Source: a virus
DNA length: 64,000 nt
IMG/VR virus record: IMGVR_UViG_3300025674_000015
Direction: 5' to 3' (one strand)
Every line of letters begins with the position of its first letter. The first letter of the stretch is position 1. A model generated the notes under the pieces. That model was not told the origin of the DNA and made no database searches. It worked only from the letters and a program-made list of their open reading frames with translations. Made by a program: the position numbers and the translations under genes. Shown in pieces: positions 43,128-54,048 of this stretch.

Positions 43128-44529
43128 CTCTATTTTCCATGTAACTCAGTTAGATGCTTATGTTGACAGGGGGTCTTTTTATTTTAACCCCGCTGCTGAT
43201 AACTTTGAAGGCGCATTAGAAACTCTTCTTGTTAAAGCTTTAGAACAGCAAGTCAATTTGGAAGGAAAAGTTGGCTTGGTTGTTAGAGTCGATCCTCCCG
43301 GAAGATGGAATCCAAACAATCCTTATTCTCGTGAGATGGGAATGGATTATGATTTAGCCAAAGACGGCCTAGGGACAGGTTTGGTTTATTTTCCCCTTTT
43401 GAATGCCGGCGATCCAATCCCTTCCAGAGTTGTGCAAGATCCAACAACAAAAGATTATTCAAATGTTGGTTGGTCTAGGTGTGGTTATGTTTTTGTAGCC
43501 ACTAGAGAAGAGTTAGATTCTCTGCAAGTTCCTCACTTATCTTTATTTTCAAACCCCTCTGATCGGCTTTACTTTGTTAAAAAGTTAAACAAACCAAGCC
43601 CTTCTTTGCATATTGCAGACGATCCTTGCAAGAAAACTCAAAAAGTCATAGAACACAGTCAAAGAAAGAAAACAGCAGCGTCAAAGGCAGACTGCCAATT
43701 GAATCCGGGCTTGGCTAACAAGATTGATCAATTTATTGATAGGTGGGCTGGGAAAAAATATAGAAATTTTAGCAGAGATCTATCAGAGCATAAGCAAAAG
43801 ATTAGAGACTCTTTTAACAAATATTTACCAAAATTTCCTAAAATGTGTGATCCTAAAGTTTTCTCATATTATATGGGGCAGTGTGCCGCAGAGTCTGGCT
43901 TTATAACACCATTCAAGCTCCAATACAAGGCCGCTAGAACTCAATTCGGATTGACCAATTCAAACAGATACACAGAAATAGGGCATATACACTTAGCAAC
44001 ACAGGCAAATCATAGATATTTTGAGGCTTTTTTGAAAAAGAATTACCCAGACATATACAGACAAGTTACGCCATGGTCTCAAAACACATGGAAGGGTAGG
44101 AATTACGATCAAGATGTTTGTTATGATTTGGCTGTTTTATCTTCTTTTTGGTATTTTCAAAATCACGCAGTTGTTGTGAGCGGGCCGAATGGAGTGAGGT
44201 TGAATGGTGGAAGTAAACTAACATGTGCCGCAGCGGTTGAGAAGTACCTAAAAGAGAATAAGGATTCTAAATTTATAGCGAATGTTTGTAGCACTATAGT
44301 CAATACTGGTGGAAGGTGGATAGAAAATTCAAAATTCACACCTAGAAATATAAAAAACAACACCCCCTTATTAAAGAGGTACCCTCAAAGAAGCGGAGAG
44401 GGGCAAGCAGGTTATTTAATAAGAGTTGCGAATCAATTGAATTCGAGATATGGAGACACAGCAATCAGTAGAAAAAGGTTAAGCTATAGCCTAGAATCTT
44501 TGAGAGCCATATCCGGGGCGAATGCATGA
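43114..44529 (+). CDS. putative baseplate hub protein with C-terminal GH19-like (chitinase/lysozyme) domain
   Basis: YYMGQCAAESG, GHIHL, AVLSSFWYF, IVNTGG match the GH19 endolysin pattern; first gene of the baseplate module. Confidence 0.6.
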   Translation: MAKHNSIFHVTQLDAYVDRGSFYFNPAADNFEGALETLLVKALEQQVNLEGKVGLVVRVDPPGRWNPNNPYSREMGMDYDLAKDGLGTGLVYFPLLNAGDPIPSRVVQDPTTKDYSNVGWSRCGYVFVATREELDSLQVPHLSLFSNPSDRLYFVKKLNKPSPSLHIADDPCKKTQKVIEHSQRKKTAASKADCQLNPGLANKIDQFIDRWAGKKYRNFSRDLSEHKQKIRDSFNKYLPKFPKMCDPKVFSYYMGQCAAESGFITPFKLQYKAARTQFGLTNSNRYTEIGHIHLATQANHRYFEAFLKKNYPDIYRQVTPWSQNTWKGRNYDQDVCYDLAVLSSFWYFQNHAVVVSGPNGVRLNGGSKLTCAAAVEKYLKENKDSKFIANVCSTIVNTGGRWIENSKFTPRNIKNNTPLLKRYPQRSGEGQAGYLIRVANQLNSRYGDTAISRKRLSYSLESLRAISGANA

Positions 44530-45482
44530 AAAACAAATTAAATTTAAGAAAAACATTCAACGACATTACAGCAGATGCGACCTCTGCTCAAAAAAAAGAA
44601 TACAACAACCTAACTGAAGAGGGTAAAAACTTTTTCAATGGTGTCGGAGGAGGTCCAAACTTAGATCCAGATCCAGATCTCTATGTTCCAAAAGGAACTA
44701 TAACCGTTGGTAAGTATAAGTCAAGCTACATCACCATGGGTCAACAAAGAAATGGCCCTTCTCCGACAGATGAATTTGGAGGCCCAAACGCTCATGAGAT
44801 TAGATTAGTTTCAGGCGGAGGCGGATATGATGTAAAAGAGCAAGATTCAAAAACAAAAGAAAAAATAATGCTTGGGCCAAACCCATCTGTTGATGGCTCA
44901 ATGTTGGTTTTAATGTCAAAGACAGACCATAGGTTTTTGGAATACGGAGTCAAAACTTTCAAAGAACAAAGACTTCCAGAAGCTGCTGCAATTTTAAAAT
45001 CCAATAGCGTTGCGATTGTTGCTTCGACAGGTGATATGTATTTCACAACAGGCACAGAGCCTGTGGATTATTACAAAAGAAGAAATATTTCAAAAGGTAG
45101 GATCATCTTCAACCCGGGTAATTTAGATCAAAAAGAAGGCGAACCTTTGAACAGCTTAGTTTTAGGAAATAGGGTTGTGGAAGAGTTTCAACAATGCTAT
45201 GAAATTATTAATTTAACATTGGCACAAATTTCCGCCTTAACCATGAAAATAGCAAAAATGAACAAAGCTATTTCCAGTCATGTTCATTATGGATTTTCAG
45301 GAAAACCAACAATCCCTTCTATAGAGGTGATGACAGAGAGTGTAAATCAAGCAATCGAAGATGTAAAATTGGATAATTCGGTTAACACAATCAGAAAAAA
45401 AGTCAACAAAAGAATAACCGCTGTAGATAGAGGCGGAGAAAACGATCTTCAAAGTAAATATTTGAAAATTGTTGAATCTTAA
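44526..45482 (+). CDS. putative baseplate spike / gp5 C-terminal-like protein
   Basis: LVLGN followed by HVH motif near the C-terminus; synteny with gp25/gp6. Confidence 0.5.
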   Translation: MKNKLNLRKTFNDITADATSAQKKEYNNLTEEGKNFFNGVGGGPNLDPDPDLYVPKGTITVGKYKSSYITMGQQRNGPSPTDEFGGPNAHEIRLVSGGGGYDVKEQDSKTKEKIMLGPNPSVDGSMLVLMSKTDHRFLEYGVKTFKEQRLPEAAAILKSNSVAIVASTGDMYFTTGTEPVDYYKRRNISKGRIIFNPGNLDQKEGEPLNSLVLGNRVVEEFQQCYEIINLTLAQISALTMKIAKMNKAISSHVHYGFSGKPTIPSIEVMTESVNQAIEDVKLDNSVNTIRKKVNKRITAVDRGGENDLQSKYLKIVES

Positions 45483-45491
45483 GGAAACAAA

Positions 45492-48400
45492 ATGAGCTTA
45501 AAAGAACTTTTAAAACAAAGAAAAGATATTTTTCAAAAAAAGAAAAACATTTTAGAAGCTTTAGATGATTATTTCAAAGCTTTGTCGGCTGTTGATCTTG
45601 AGATTGAAGTTAACAAGCAAAAGAGAATTATCAAAAGAAAAGAGAAAAACAAGCTTTCTAGAGAACTTATTGAATCTTTTAAGTTATATTTAGAGGTTAT
45701 CAATCAAATAGAAAATGCTGTTCAAACCTTGACCATTTTCAATTTAACAAAAAATAATGCTAAAAATAAAAGCAAAGAATTTCAAGGGCTTTTGAGAAAA
45801 GAGAAGAAAGCTTTAAAAAGATTAGAAGATGCTTTTGGAAAGTTGCAAACTCTAGGCATGTCCTCGGGCGTTGCATCTTTTATAGATCTGGTCGAAAAAA
45901 CAGAGCAGCAATTCGAAGATTTTAAAAAAACTAGAGAAGAGTTGGTATCAAACCAGTCTAAAATATCAAAAGAGTTAGAAAAGGCATCTAAAAGAACAGT
46001 CGAACAATTTCAAAAAGAATTAGACAAGCTGAATAAAGAATACAGAGGTCTCAAGTTTTCTTTCTTGACAGCGGACAGAGTGCAAACTCTAAACTCAGAT
46101 TTAACAAAAGCAAGGAATCCCCTAGCAGAGGTTCGCAAAGAGCAAGAACAGAAAAACAAAAATAAAAATCCTAAAAAAGAAGATTTCAAGAAAAAACTAA
46201 AAGAGTTTGAAAAGTTATTAAAAAGTGGTGCAAAGTCAATTCAACAGCTTCGCTTCTTTTATGAGCAGATTTTAAACCTTGTTCCAATTAGAGTTTTGCT
46301 TGAGGAAGCAATAAGATGCATGCTTAAGAAGATAGGCTATGAGAAGTGGGTGCAGCAGCTTTGCAAAACAGTTTTAAATTCGCTAGCAAACGATTTTGTC
46401 TTAAATGCCTTGATCAAGTTATCATATCTTCAGTTTTCTTTATCAGGGGATTCCCTGAGAAAAGAAGCTATTCCAAAACTTAAAGACGGAAAGTTGAATG
46501 AAGATTATGTCAAGGCTTTGGAGAGCCGCGTTGCTTTAGATGAAAATGGGCTACAAGTCAAATATTCAAAACCAGAAGACGGCCCAGCCGTTGTATACGC
46601 GAATAGAAGATTCGTCAGCAATTTTCAAAAACCATTCAGCTTGGGAACGCCAGACAACCCAGTTGACAAATATATCAATCTTCTAAAGGGTACTTTAAAA
46701 ATAAAAAAAGTTTCTTTAGAAAAGATGATAGAAATTCAGAAAAAAGATGGCGCTTACACTGTAGCTGTGGCTGTTGCGAAAAGTAAGCTTGGAGAAGATC
46801 TGTCCGGCGAAGCGCCAAATAAAAACAATCTTTTGTTAAGAATTTCTGAAACTAGGCAAGAACTAGCAGACACTCTTTTTGAGCTTTACGATGCCCAAGA
46901 GCTTTGTGAATCTTTGTTTGACAATGTTTCACAATTTGCTGAAGCTGTTTTGCAATTCATCACGATGTTTTCTTGGGAAGAGTTATGGAAGTCGGCTCCG
47001 GCGATACCGGTTTTAAAACTGCCCGATTTCAATTTTGGAATTATCGATCCAAATGCTAAATGGGACAAAGTTCTTAAAGAAACTTTGATCAGGCTGGGTT
47101 TGGAGTTGGCTGGGCAATTAGCTGGAGTGTTGGCTCAACTTTTAAATCAAACATGTCAAGACGATTTGCCCGGAGAAGTGGATATTCGAACTTTGAATCC
47201 AATTCCATTGGGTGAACTATTCCCAGAATATGCCGACTGCGCTAGCAGCTTAGAGAAGATCTTAGATGAGCTTTCTTTGATTTTAACACCTAGTGAAATC
47301 TGTCTTCTTTTGGAAGGTGAAATATCCGCTGTTACATTCCCGGTTAATAAAGATGGCTTTATTTTAAACTTGCATGAATACAATGTGAAAGAGTTTGCAA
47401 GATTTGAAACAACAACTTTAACAGATTTGATTGAAAGATATGCAAAGCAAAGATATCCAAAGTGCAGCTACATCTTTGGAGATCCAGAGTCTATTTTAGA
47501 GTTCTTCAAGCAGTTCGCAGAAGAGGCCGTCGGCTGTCCATTTCCAGACAAGCCTAGGTTTTTCTGTGAGAACGACAACGAAGAAGAATTGAATAAATTA
47601 AGATTGCAAATCTTCTGTGACCGATATGATCAAGAGCAGTTAGATTGCTTAATTCAGAAGACACAAGAAATGAGGCAGAAACGCTTGGCTGAATTGATGA
47701 ATTCTATTTATGATGAGGACTTTTTTAATAAGTTTATTCCGGATGTCGAGGCTCAACTTCCGATTCCAACTTCTACATCTTTTCTGATCGATAATACTTT
47801 GGACACTATTTTTGAAGTTGTTAAGATGAACTATGATAGAGAAATAGACTCCTTTGTACCGGCCATGATCACATATGAAGCTAGTAAAGAAGATCCTCAA
47901 GGTGTTCCGCCAAAGCCAGAAGTGGCAAAAAGGTTAAAAAGCAGGTTGGAAGCTGATGCTAAAAGAAACACAACTAGTTTAAATTATAGCGATTCAAGTT
48001 CTCTGCTTGGGTTTGAAATTAACTCTTCTCGATTTCCTGAATATATACCGGGAGGTTATAAGTACGACTTTTCAACAAATTTAACTTATTTTGATTTCAC
48101 TGGGCCTGCTTTTAAGCAGAAAAAAGTTGATATTGTTCCAAAATTTGAGCAAAAAGTGTTCTTTACAGAGAAAGAAAATAAGTTTTTGAAACAAGATGAG
48201 GGCCGGCCATATCATCTAGATTTGAAAACTTCAATGGATTTTCAAAGAGATCTTTTTTTGAAAATTGCAATGGTTAATTTTCCCTTCCCCGACGATCAAG
48301 GGGCAGTCGATTGGTTTTTTTCTGAAGAGTCCGAAGCTATGTTTTATGAACTTAAGCGAAATTTTATAAAGCAAACTAAAGAGAGAGTTATGTACTCTCC

Positions 48401-50249
48401 GCTCTTTGATGTTAAAGAGGAAGGGCAAAAGGAATTTCAGGTTAAAAAGAAAGAAAAGAAGAAAAAGGAAGAGAAGAAGAAGTCAACAACTTATTTTGCC
48501 CCAATTCAAAAGATTGATTTAGATCCAATTCCAACACCTAGGCAAAAAGCTATAGAAGGCTGTGATGTTTCAATTTTAAATATTACGCAACTTAAACAAG
48601 ATCTTAAATTAAAATATCTTCGGTTTTCAAAAGACGGCGTGGGGATCGAGCAGCTTTTAGCAGAAAACATGCTTAGAGCAACCCTTAGAATTTATGTTAT
48701 TGATTTCTTGCTTAGAGGTATTTTTTCTACAACCTCCTTAAAAATTCAGGAGAATATCCTAGGAGATGATATTGTAGCGGAGCTATTGTATGGAATGTTT
48801 AAATATCAAATTAATTTAGATATTCTAGAGAATAGCCCGAAAGATAGATTGTTTGTGTTGCAATCTTTGCTAAGAAAAGCAAAGCAAACTTATGATAAAG
48901 AATTTAAAGGTACAAAGTTGTTTGGAGAAGAACTAGAAGAGCTTTCTGAAGAAGATAGTTTGAAGTTTCTATTGAGAAGGGAGGTAGCAGAAGTCGCCGA
49001 CAGAATACCTAGGGTGACCGGTGTCGGATTGTATTTGCTTGATTCAGAAGAATTTCCATATTCCAAAGGAGCAGACACTAAGATAATCGATTCAACAGAT
49101 TTTTATAAAGATAAAAAATCGTTCTATCCTAGGTTAGAATGGGTTCAAATATTTAAACAAGGTTCTTCGAAAGCGCCAAAAAAACCAACAATTGCAGGAC
49201 TACAGTTGAGAGCTATTCCATGGGCTAATTCTAACTTTATGTCTTTTCCTTTGATTGATGTGCGTGAGGAGATTGAGCATTCTAAGGCTTTAGACTGGTC
49301 AACCATGAGACCAAAGTTGTTTGAAAAGGCAAAGAAAGCACCAGAATACACACTTTTATCAAAAGCTTTTGGATTTGATCAGTTAAATGCTTATCTTTTA
49401 GCTTTAAATATCTTGGGAATAACAGTAGATTCTCAAATTGGTTCGGTATTTTCAGAGACTAGAAAGTCTATGATTAGAATCTTTAGAACTTCGGCTCTGG
49501 AAAACAAAGATTTTACATATCAAGATCCTTTAGTCAAGAACGGTGTCTCTGCAAACCTTAAAGGTGATATTGACATAGCGGCTCTTATCTTGCCGTTGAT
49601 CTTGAAAGCTCCATGGATAATTGTTAAAAACTTGGCTGAAGCAACTGATCCAAATACAATTGCGGCATCAAGCATTCTTAGGATAGCAATTGCAGCAGTC
49701 GAAGCAGGAATATCAGTGTCTGAATTTGCTTTTTCAACGATCGAAACAGCCGGCGTAGCAGCAGAGATTACAAAAGGGGTCTTTGAATCTCTAGGCACTT
49801 GGAATGAGCTTCCGGACCCTACAAAAATACCTATCAATCTTGCAATTAAAGCTATGGAGGATATTCCAAAATTTGAAGATCGAAAAGAAACATATGAGTT
49901 AATAAGATTGATTGTTAACTCTATTCCGGCTATTGTCCCCGGCGTACCGCTTTCTTTTGCTGGTCTTATACCAACCCCAATTACATTTGTCTATTGGGCC
50001 GGAGATCTAATTGAAAAAGTTCTTGGGTTAATTGAAGGGTTGGACGCGGAAAATATTCAAAAGGATGATAAATTAAAAGAAAAGGCAGAAAAAGCAAAAA
50101 AACTTTTTGTAGATAAAATGTCTAATTATGGGATCGATGTTGAAGCCTATGAGCGGCTTTGCCAGCCGGAAAGGGACTCTAAAAAAGACGACGACAAAGT
50201 CGATGAAGAACCAAAAGCGCCAAAACCAAACAAAAACCCATGTGATTAA
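45492..50249 (+). CDS. large helical virion-associated protein of unknown function
   Basis: 1585-aa ORF, N-terminal coiled coil, hydrophobic C-terminal segments, located inside the baseplate module. Confidence 0.65.
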   Translation: MSLKELLKQRKDIFQKKKNILEALDDYFKALSAVDLEIEVNKQKRIIKRKEKNKLSRELIESFKLYLEVINQIENAVQTLTIFNLTKNNAKNKSKEFQGLLRKEKKALKRLEDAFGKLQTLGMSSGVASFIDLVEKTEQQFEDFKKTREELVSNQSKISKELEKASKRTVEQFQKELDKLNKEYRGLKFSFLTADRVQTLNSDLTKARNPLAEVRKEQEQKNKNKNPKKEDFKKKLKEFEKLLKSGAKSIQQLRFFYEQILNLVPIRVLLEEAIRCMLKKIGYEKWVQQLCKTVLNSLANDFVLNALIKLSYLQFSLSGDSLRKEAIPKLKDGKLNEDYVKALESRVALDENGLQVKYSKPEDGPAVVYANRRFVSNFQKPFSLGTPDNPVDKYINLLKGTLKIKKVSLEKMIEIQKKDGAYTVAVAVAKSKLGEDLSGEAPNKNNLLLRISETRQELADTLFELYDAQELCESLFDNVSQFAEAVLQFITMFSWEELWKSAPAIPVLKLPDFNFGIIDPNAKWDKVLKETLIRLGLELAGQLAGVLAQLLNQTCQDDLPGEVDIRTLNPIPLGELFPEYADCASSLEKILDELSLILTPSEICLLLEGEISAVTFPVNKDGFILNLHEYNVKEFARFETTTLTDLIERYAKQRYPKCSYIFGDPESILEFFKQFAEEAVGCPFPDKPRFFCENDNEEELNKLRLQIFCDRYDQEQLDCLIQKTQEMRQKRLAELMNSIYDEDFFNKFIPDVEAQLPIPTSTSFLIDNTLDTIFEVVKMNYDREIDSFVPAMITYEASKEDPQGVPPKPEVAKRLKSRLEADAKRNTTSLNYSDSSSLLGFEINSSRFPEYIPGGYKYDFSTNLTYFDFTGPAFKQKKVDIVPKFEQKVFFTEKENKFLKQDEGRPYHLDLKTSMDFQRDLFLKIAMVNFPFPDDQGAVDWFFSEESEAMFYELKRNFIKQTKERVMYSPLFDVKEEGQKEFQVKKKEKKKKEEKKKSTTYFAPIQKIDLDPIPTPRQKAIEGCDVSILNITQLKQDLKLKYLRFSKDGVGIEQLLAENMLRATLRIYVIDFLLRGIFSTTSLKIQENILGDDIVAELLYGMFKYQINLDILENSPKDRLFVLQSLLRKAKQTYDKEFKGTKLFGEELEELSEEDSLKFLLRREVAEVADRIPRVTGVGLYLLDSEEFPYSKGADTKIIDSTDFYKDKKSFYPRLEWVQIFKQGSSKAPKKPTIAGLQLRAIPWANSNFMSFPLIDVREEIEHSKALDWSTMRPKLFEKAKKAPEYTLLSKAFGFDQLNAYLLALNILGITVDSQIGSVFSETRKSMIRIFRTSALENKDFTYQDPLVKNGVSANLKGDIDIAALILPLILKAPWIIVKNLAEATDPNTIAASSILRIAIAAVEAGISVSEFAFSTIETAGVAAEITKGVFESLGTWNELPDPTKIPINLAIKAMEDIPKFEDRKETYELIRLIVNSIPAIVPGVPLSFAGLIPTPITFVYWAGDLIEKVLGLIEGLDAENIQKDDKLKEKAEKAKKLFVDKMSNYGIDVEAYERLCQPERDSKKDDDKVDEEPKAPKPNKNPCD

Positions 50250-50260
50250 GGAGTGTAAAA

Positions 50261-50659
50261 ATGAGTGGAATATCTCCAAAATTTCCATTAACGTATTCAG
50301 GTGTAGATGGCTTTTACACTTTGAACAAAAGCTTTTCTGAAGCTATTCAGCAAAACTTGAAAAACTTGGTATTAACTTCTCCCGGTGAAAGAATCATGGA
50401 TATTCAGTTTGGAGTTGGTTTGTACAATTATCTTTTTGAGCTTGATGGCTTTGAAGTTCGTGAAGAACTAGCAGAAAGAATTAATGAGCAAGTAGCCAGA
50501 TATCTTCCTTATGTTCAGATTGACGGTTTAAGGTTTTATTCCGACGAAGAAGATAGTTATAATGAGATTCAATCAAACTTCCTAGGTTTAATTATAAACT
50601 ACAGCATTCCCTCTTTAGGAGTTTCAGAAGAATTGGAAATTTTGATATCTGATTTTTAA
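50261..50659 (+). CDS. baseplate wedge subunit, T4 gp25-like
   Basis: QNLKNLVLTSPGERIM..FGVGL..YLFE, YLPYV. Confidence 0.92.
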   Translation: MSGISPKFPLTYSGVDGFYTLNKSFSEAIQQNLKNLVLTSPGERIMDIQFGVGLYNYLFELDGFEVREELAERINEQVARYLPYVQIDGLRFYSDEEDSYNEIQSNFLGLIINYSIPSLGVSEELEILISDF

Positions 50660-50665
50660 TCAAAA

Positions 50666-50673
50666 CTATTTAT
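50666..50673 (+). promoter_or_regulatory. putative late promoter CTATTTAT
   Basis: Intergenic, upstream of the gp6-like gene. Confidence 0.55.
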
Positions 50674-50692
50674 TTCAAAAGGAAAATAAATA

Positions 50693-52492
50693 ATGCCAAA
50701 AATCAAGAACGTTCCCATAAATTATACCTCCAGAGAATTTAATACAATCAAACAAGATCTTGTTGATTATGCTAAAAGATATTATCCTGATACTTTTCAA
50801 GATTTTACAGATGCTAGCTTCGGCTCTATGATGCTTGACACTGTTGCTTATGTTGGAGATGTTCTATCTTTTTACGTTGATTATCAAGCAAATGAATCTT
50901 TTTTGGATACGGCTCTAGAGTATGATAATGTTATCAAGCATGGTAAGCAATTAGGTTACAAGTTCACGACAAACCCTTCGTCCTATGGTTTGGTTTCTTT
51001 GTTTGTGTTGGTTCCCGCTGCAATTGCCGGCGTCGGCCCTGACCGTGATTACATGCCGATCTTGAAAAGAGGTTCTACGTTCTCAACAGACGATGGAAAC
51101 ACCTTTACTTTAATTGAAGATGTTGATTTTGGAAGAGAATTAAATGACGTTGTTGTCGCAAATGTCGACGAAACAAACGGAAGCCCTTTAGATTATGCGG
51201 TCAAGGCTTTTGGCGTTGTTGCGTCCGGCGAATTGTTTGAACAACAAACAACGGTCGGCGCATATGAGAAGTTCCTCAGAATTGAAATGGAAGATGACAC
51301 CATTACAGATGTTATTTCAGTTTTTGACTCCGACGGTAATCAGTACTTTGAAGTTGATTATCTAACACAAAACACCGTATACAGAGATATTTCTAATACA
51401 GATTCCGGAACAGAAGGGAATCCTAGATCTATCTTGTCTCCAATTTCAGTTCCTAGAAGATTTGTTGTCGATAATGACTTGGATGGTGTTTTCTTGCAAT
51501 TTGGGCAAGGAAAAGAACAAAATGAACTTCAAGGAGTTTTAGATCCTTCGCAGTTAACCCTCCAGCTTAATGGTCGAAATTACATAACAGATAGTTCTTT
51601 TGATCCAAACAAATTAGGTTTTAGTGATAAATTGGGAATTGTTCCTTCAAATACAACGCTGACAATCACATATAGAAAGAACGTTAGCGATGATGTTAAC
51701 GCCGCTTCAAACTCTATTGTCAATCCTCAAGAGTTGGAGTTTACGTTCAGAAACGAAGAAAACTTGTCTGCCAATGAAATCCTAGCAGTACAGACTAGCT
51801 TGGAATGTACAAACGAAGAGCCGATTACTGGCGACATTTCTTTTCCAGACACAGAAGAAGTTAAAGCGAGAATCAAAGGAACGTTTGCTGCGCAGAATAG
51901 GGCAGTTACCATGGAAGATTATGTTTCTTTGATTTACCAAATGCCGGCAAAGTTTGGAGCAATCAAAAGAGCTTCAGTCATGAGAGACCCGGACTCTATC
52001 TATAGGAATATTAACGTCTATTTGATTTCAGAAGACCAAGATGGGCTTTTGACTTCTCCAAACTCTTTGATCAAAAGAAATGTCAAAACATGGCTTTCAA
52101 GCAAAAAGATGATTAGTGATACAATCGACCTATTAGATGCAAAAGTGGTCAATTTAGGGATTAATTTTTCCATATTGGCTCAAAAAGGTTTAAATAGGTT
52201 TGAAGTTTTAGATGCTGCTATCGAAGCTTTAAGAGGGAGATATAGTGATATTTATTTTGAAATTGGAGAGCCAATTTATATCACTGACATATATACAATA
52301 CTGAATGCTGTTCCCGGTGTAGTCGACACAATCGATGTTCAATTGGTTGAGAAAACCGGTGGAGTATACTCCGCAGCAACTTATGATTTTGATTCGAACA
52401 TGTCTGACGATGGAAGATATTTAAAAGTGCCAAAGAATGTTATTTTAGAGCTAAAATACCCAGATTTAGACATCAAGGGAGTTGTTAAATAA
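50693..52492 (+). CDS. baseplate wedge subunit, T4 gp6 / baseplate-J-like
   Basis: YTSREF..IKQDL, ESFLDTA, QLGY, LQFG.G, QNRAVT.EDY. Confidence 0.9.
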   Translation: MPKIKNVPINYTSREFNTIKQDLVDYAKRYYPDTFQDFTDASFGSMMLDTVAYVGDVLSFYVDYQANESFLDTALEYDNVIKHGKQLGYKFTTNPSSYGLVSLFVLVPAAIAGVGPDRDYMPILKRGSTFSTDDGNTFTLIEDVDFGRELNDVVVANVDETNGSPLDYAVKAFGVVASGELFEQQTTVGAYEKFLRIEMEDDTITDVISVFDSDGNQYFEVDYLTQNTVYRDISNTDSGTEGNPRSILSPISVPRRFVVDNDLDGVFLQFGQGKEQNELQGVLDPSQLTLQLNGRNYITDSSFDPNKLGFSDKLGIVPSNTTLTITYRKNVSDDVNAASNSIVNPQELEFTFRNEENLSANEILAVQTSLECTNEEPITGDISFPDTEEVKARIKGTFAAQNRAVTMEDYVSLIYQMPAKFGAIKRASVMRDPDSIYRNINVYLISEDQDGLLTSPNSLIKRNVKTWLSSKKMISDTIDLLDAKVVNLGINFSILAQKGLNRFEVLDAAIEALRGRYSDIYFEIGEPIYITDIYTILNAVPGVVDTIDVQLVEKTGGVYSAATYDFDSNMSDDGRYLKVPKNVILELKYPDLDIKGVVK

Positions 52493-54048
52493 TGGCTATA
52501 AAAAGATATTTGGCTTCGGCTGATGCGACAATCGTTAACGCATTTAAACAAGATTTATCCACTAGAGGAACGGGCTCTAATACCGGGTTATCTGACGTGT
52601 TGGAGATTTTTTCAATTTACGGCCAAGCTTCGGGAGCTAGTGGTTATAGCCAAGAATTGGCAAGATCCCTTTTGAAATTTCCTATGGCTACAATCGCAGC
52701 GGATCGAACCGCAGGAGTCATCCCAGCTTCTGGAAGTGTGTCTTTTTATTTGAAGCTTTTCAATACGGAGCACAACGAGACAATCCCTAGGAACTTTGCT
52801 CTTACTGCCGCTGCGGTTTCTGCTGACTGGGAAGAAGGCACAGGATTAGATCTTACGGAATATAGAGATGAGACATTTGATGGAGCCGGCGTAAACTGGG
52901 TTAACGCAAAGAGAGGAAGCCAGTGGACAACTCCGGGTGGAGATTATTTCACAGATTCCAAGTCTGTGTTTCATATTGATTTTGAATCGGGCATTGAAGA
53001 TATCGAAGTTGATATTACAACTTTAGCCGAACAATGGATTAACAGCCCGGGAAATGTCCTAGGTTCCAAAACTAACTACGGAATCGGTCTGAGGTTGACC
53101 GGTTCTCAAGAGGCATATGCCGCAAGCAGCATCGCAAACGCAGTTGTGCAAAACTTAACAGGCGCAACAGAATCTTATTATACTAAGAAGTTTTTTGCTA
53201 GAGGTAGTGAGTTTTTCTTTAAAAGGCCGGTTTTGGAAGCTAGATGGGATTCTTCTGTAAAAGACGACAGAGGAAATGCTTATTTTTCTGCTTCTTATGC
53301 ACCAGCCGCTGAAAACTTAAACACTCTTTATCTTTACAACTATGTTCGTGGAAGGTTGAGAAACATTCCTAGCATCAATACCGGTGAGATTTGGGTTAGT
53401 TTGTACTCCGGTTCTTCTGATGATACAGCGCCTTCTGGTTCGAAATTAGAGCTTCCAATTGGCGGTGGCGTTGCTGCTAATTTGGATACAAACATAATTG
53501 GGGGGTGGATTTCAACCGGTGTTTATACAGCTTCTTTTGCAGTTACGGGTTCACCATCTTCAATTTCTACGCTTTATGATGTGTGGCACTACAACAGTGT
53601 AGAGTATAAAACGGGCTCTTTTTCAATTCAAAGTTTCGATAACTATGAAATTGCCCCAACTGACAAATATGTCATGAACATTACAAACTTAAAGCAAGTT
53701 TACTCAAAAGATGAGACAGCAAGATTTAGATTGTTTGTCAGGAGAAAAGACTGGTGTCCAACAATTTATACTAAAGCTAGATTGAGTCCGCCGGTTCAAA
53801 TTGTTCCAAGCGCTTCTTACAAAATTTTAAGAGTGGTTGACAACTATGAAGTTGTTGCTTATGGGACTGGCTCTGATTTGCACACAAAACTTTCATATGA
53901 TTTATCTGGTAGTTATTTTGATTTTGATATGTCCATGTTGGAAAAAGACTTTTCATATGGCATAAAGTTTTCATTTTACAATGATTCTATTGGCTCTTGG
54001 GAAGAGCAACCTTTCATTTTTAAATTTAGAGTGGATGACGAAATATGA
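52492..54048 (+). CDS. virion structural protein (beta-rich)
   Basis: ADATI N-terminus, WEEGTG, WTTPGGD; translationally coupled to the gp6-like gene. Confidence 0.7.
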   Translation: MAIKRYLASADATIVNAFKQDLSTRGTGSNTGLSDVLEIFSIYGQASGASGYSQELARSLLKFPMATIAADRTAGVIPASGSVSFYLKLFNTEHNETIPRNFALTAAAVSADWEEGTGLDLTEYRDETFDGAGVNWVNAKRGSQWTTPGGDYFTDSKSVFHIDFESGIEDIEVDITTLAEQWINSPGNVLGSKTNYGIGLRLTGSQEAYAASSIANAVVQNLTGATESYYTKKFFARGSEFFFKRPVLEARWDSSVKDDRGNAYFSASYAPAAENLNTLYLYNYVRGRLRNIPSINTGEIWVSLYSGSSDDTAPSGSKLELPIGGGVAANLDTNIIGGWISTGVYTASFAVTGSPSSISTLYDVWHYNSVEYKTGSFSIQSFDNYEIAPTDKYVMNITNLKQVYSKDETARFRLFVRRKDWCPTIYTKARLSPPVQIVPSASYKILRVVDNYEVVAYGTGSDLHTKLSYDLSGSYFDFDMSMLEKDFSYGIKFSFYNDSIGSWEEQPFIFKFRVDDEI

